Shown here one piece after another: positions 62,600 through 64,000 of a stretch of 64,000 nt of DNA. Each line of letters begins with the position of its first letter. The first letter of the stretch is position 1. The notes under the pieces were generated by a model, which worked only from the letters and a program-made list of their open reading frames with translations, did not search any database and had not been told where the DNA came from. Source of the DNA: Octopus sinensis (Eukaryota). Location of the stretch: the NCBI RefSeq assembly GCF_006345805.1, contig NC_043021.1, forward strand, positions 19,468,001-19,532,000, written 5' to 3'. The translations under genes were made by a program, and so were the position numbers.

Positions 62600-63330
62600 A
62601 TTATCTTCATTGCCCCTATATTCCCAGGAGTGTTGTGGAGATAAAGTCCTCGGGTACCTCCTCCATGGGGTCCTATCAGAAGCAACCGTCATTACATTAC
62701 ACTCTTCAGCTGATTTCCCAACTGTAACTATGGATATTATCCAAGCACCTTGTACTTAGCCCTACCGCTAGGTTTCCTGCCAGTTGGATCAGTCTGAAGA
62801 ATCCGTCTTGTAATTCCTTCCTGTGACATTCTAACCCCATGTCAACAATGCCAGAGCTGTGACCTCTTAATTCAGACAAATAGCAGCTTGACCTGGAGAG
62901 ACTCGTTACTTCAGGGGTCCATAAGGCGGCGAGCTGGCAGAAACGTTAGCACACCGGGTGAAATGCGTAGCCGTATTTCGTCTGGCATTACGTTCTGAGT
63001 TCAAATTCCGCCGAGGTCGACTTTACCTTTCATCCTTTCGGGGTCGATAAATTAAGTACCAGTTATGCACCGGGGTCGATATAACCGACTTAATCCGTTT
63101 GTCTGTCCTTGTTTGTCCCCTCTATGTTTAGCCCCTTGTGGGTAGTAAACAAATAACTTCAGGGGTCCATTGGAAAGCCCTCTTTCAGTTGCTTGTATTC
63201 TGATTGTACTTTCCCAGTCATTAGTCATACATAAGGGCAGGTATGTAAACCAAATTGAAGATAATGAGTTTGGGTTTTTTTTACCAACTTCTCCGAGGAT
63301 CAAATGTTGAAGGTGATGTATTACACCTGT
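62600..63330 (-). mobile_element. Decayed RTE-clade LINE fragment interrupted by SINE-B
   Basis: Minus-strand peptides KLIIFNLVYIPALMY, RIQATE, RSQLW..HGVRMSQEGITRRILQTDPTGRKPSGR. Confidence 0.75.
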
Positions 63331-64000
63331 AGTTCTGTAATTAGTTTTGTTTACATTACTTATCTGTAACACCTGTATATAATTGAACATACACGTATAC
63401 CTCCTACATTCCTTAAGCTGGTTATAAAGTTGGGAAGTGAGAGCTAACATAATGTAATAAGCACAAAAAAAAGATTCTTAATTAAAATTAAAGCTAATTA
63501 ATGTTATTTATATTATAAGTGTCACCTAGCAATCTGTATATCTTACTTAATGTGGATATACTATAAAAAGCCACCATACTGTAGTATACATCTTGAGAAG
63601 GCAAGGCACAAAAGTATATCAGTAATAGACAAAAGGTGCCCAGCTGTGGGAGTGGAAATGCTAGATTCCAGGATTTCTGCATATTTTCACTTCATCAGTA
63701 GTAAGTGTCCACTAGTAACTGCATGATTAAACAATTTTCAAGTCTACTAATATAGAAAAACAGTGATTAATCAGCCACTGGTGTTGCAAATAGTTGGAAG
63801 GCTGGGTAAATATTCATTATTAGCAACAAAAGCTGTATTAGTTCTGAATGGCAATCTGTATATCTTACTTAACATGGTTATACAATAAGAAAGCCACAAG
63901 ACTGCAGCTTTCATCTTGAGAAGACATTTTCTATAGATATACAGGGTGTCCCAGAATTAACTATTTCAGTGAAATTTCACAATTTTTTTAAAACTCATTT

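Overview
Eukaryotic, AT-rich, repeat-dense genomic DNA. The repeat landscape suggests an octopus/coleoid cephalopod (inference, not a database result). The whole window lies inside one + strand gene, an axonemal dynein heavy chain most like DNAH2 (inner-arm I1/f beta). I traced 24 consecutive GT-AG exons (1084-62365, 3925 nt, about 1308 codons, reading frame consistent at every junction), from the tail through the linker into AAA1 (Walker A GPAGTGKT, Walker B CFDE). Gene start and end lie outside the window. About 94% of that span is intron, filled with tRNA-headed SINEs, an (ATG)n-tailed repeat that seeds minisatellites, TTAA piggyBac-type MITEs (one a 16-copy tandem array), deleted Tigger/pogo elements, Helitrons, RTE and HERO LINE fragments, and microsatellites. 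Most ORFs in the supplied track are repeat artefacts. The most notable unannotated signal is a set of minimal type I hammerhead ribozyme motifs in Penelope-like fold-back elements. They show three different 3-8 core pairs (C3-G8, U3-A8, G3-C8), and one damaged motif sits in the tail of a tRNA-headed SINE. Repeat family labels (SINE-A etc.) are my own working names. Human DNAH2 comparisons are from memory.
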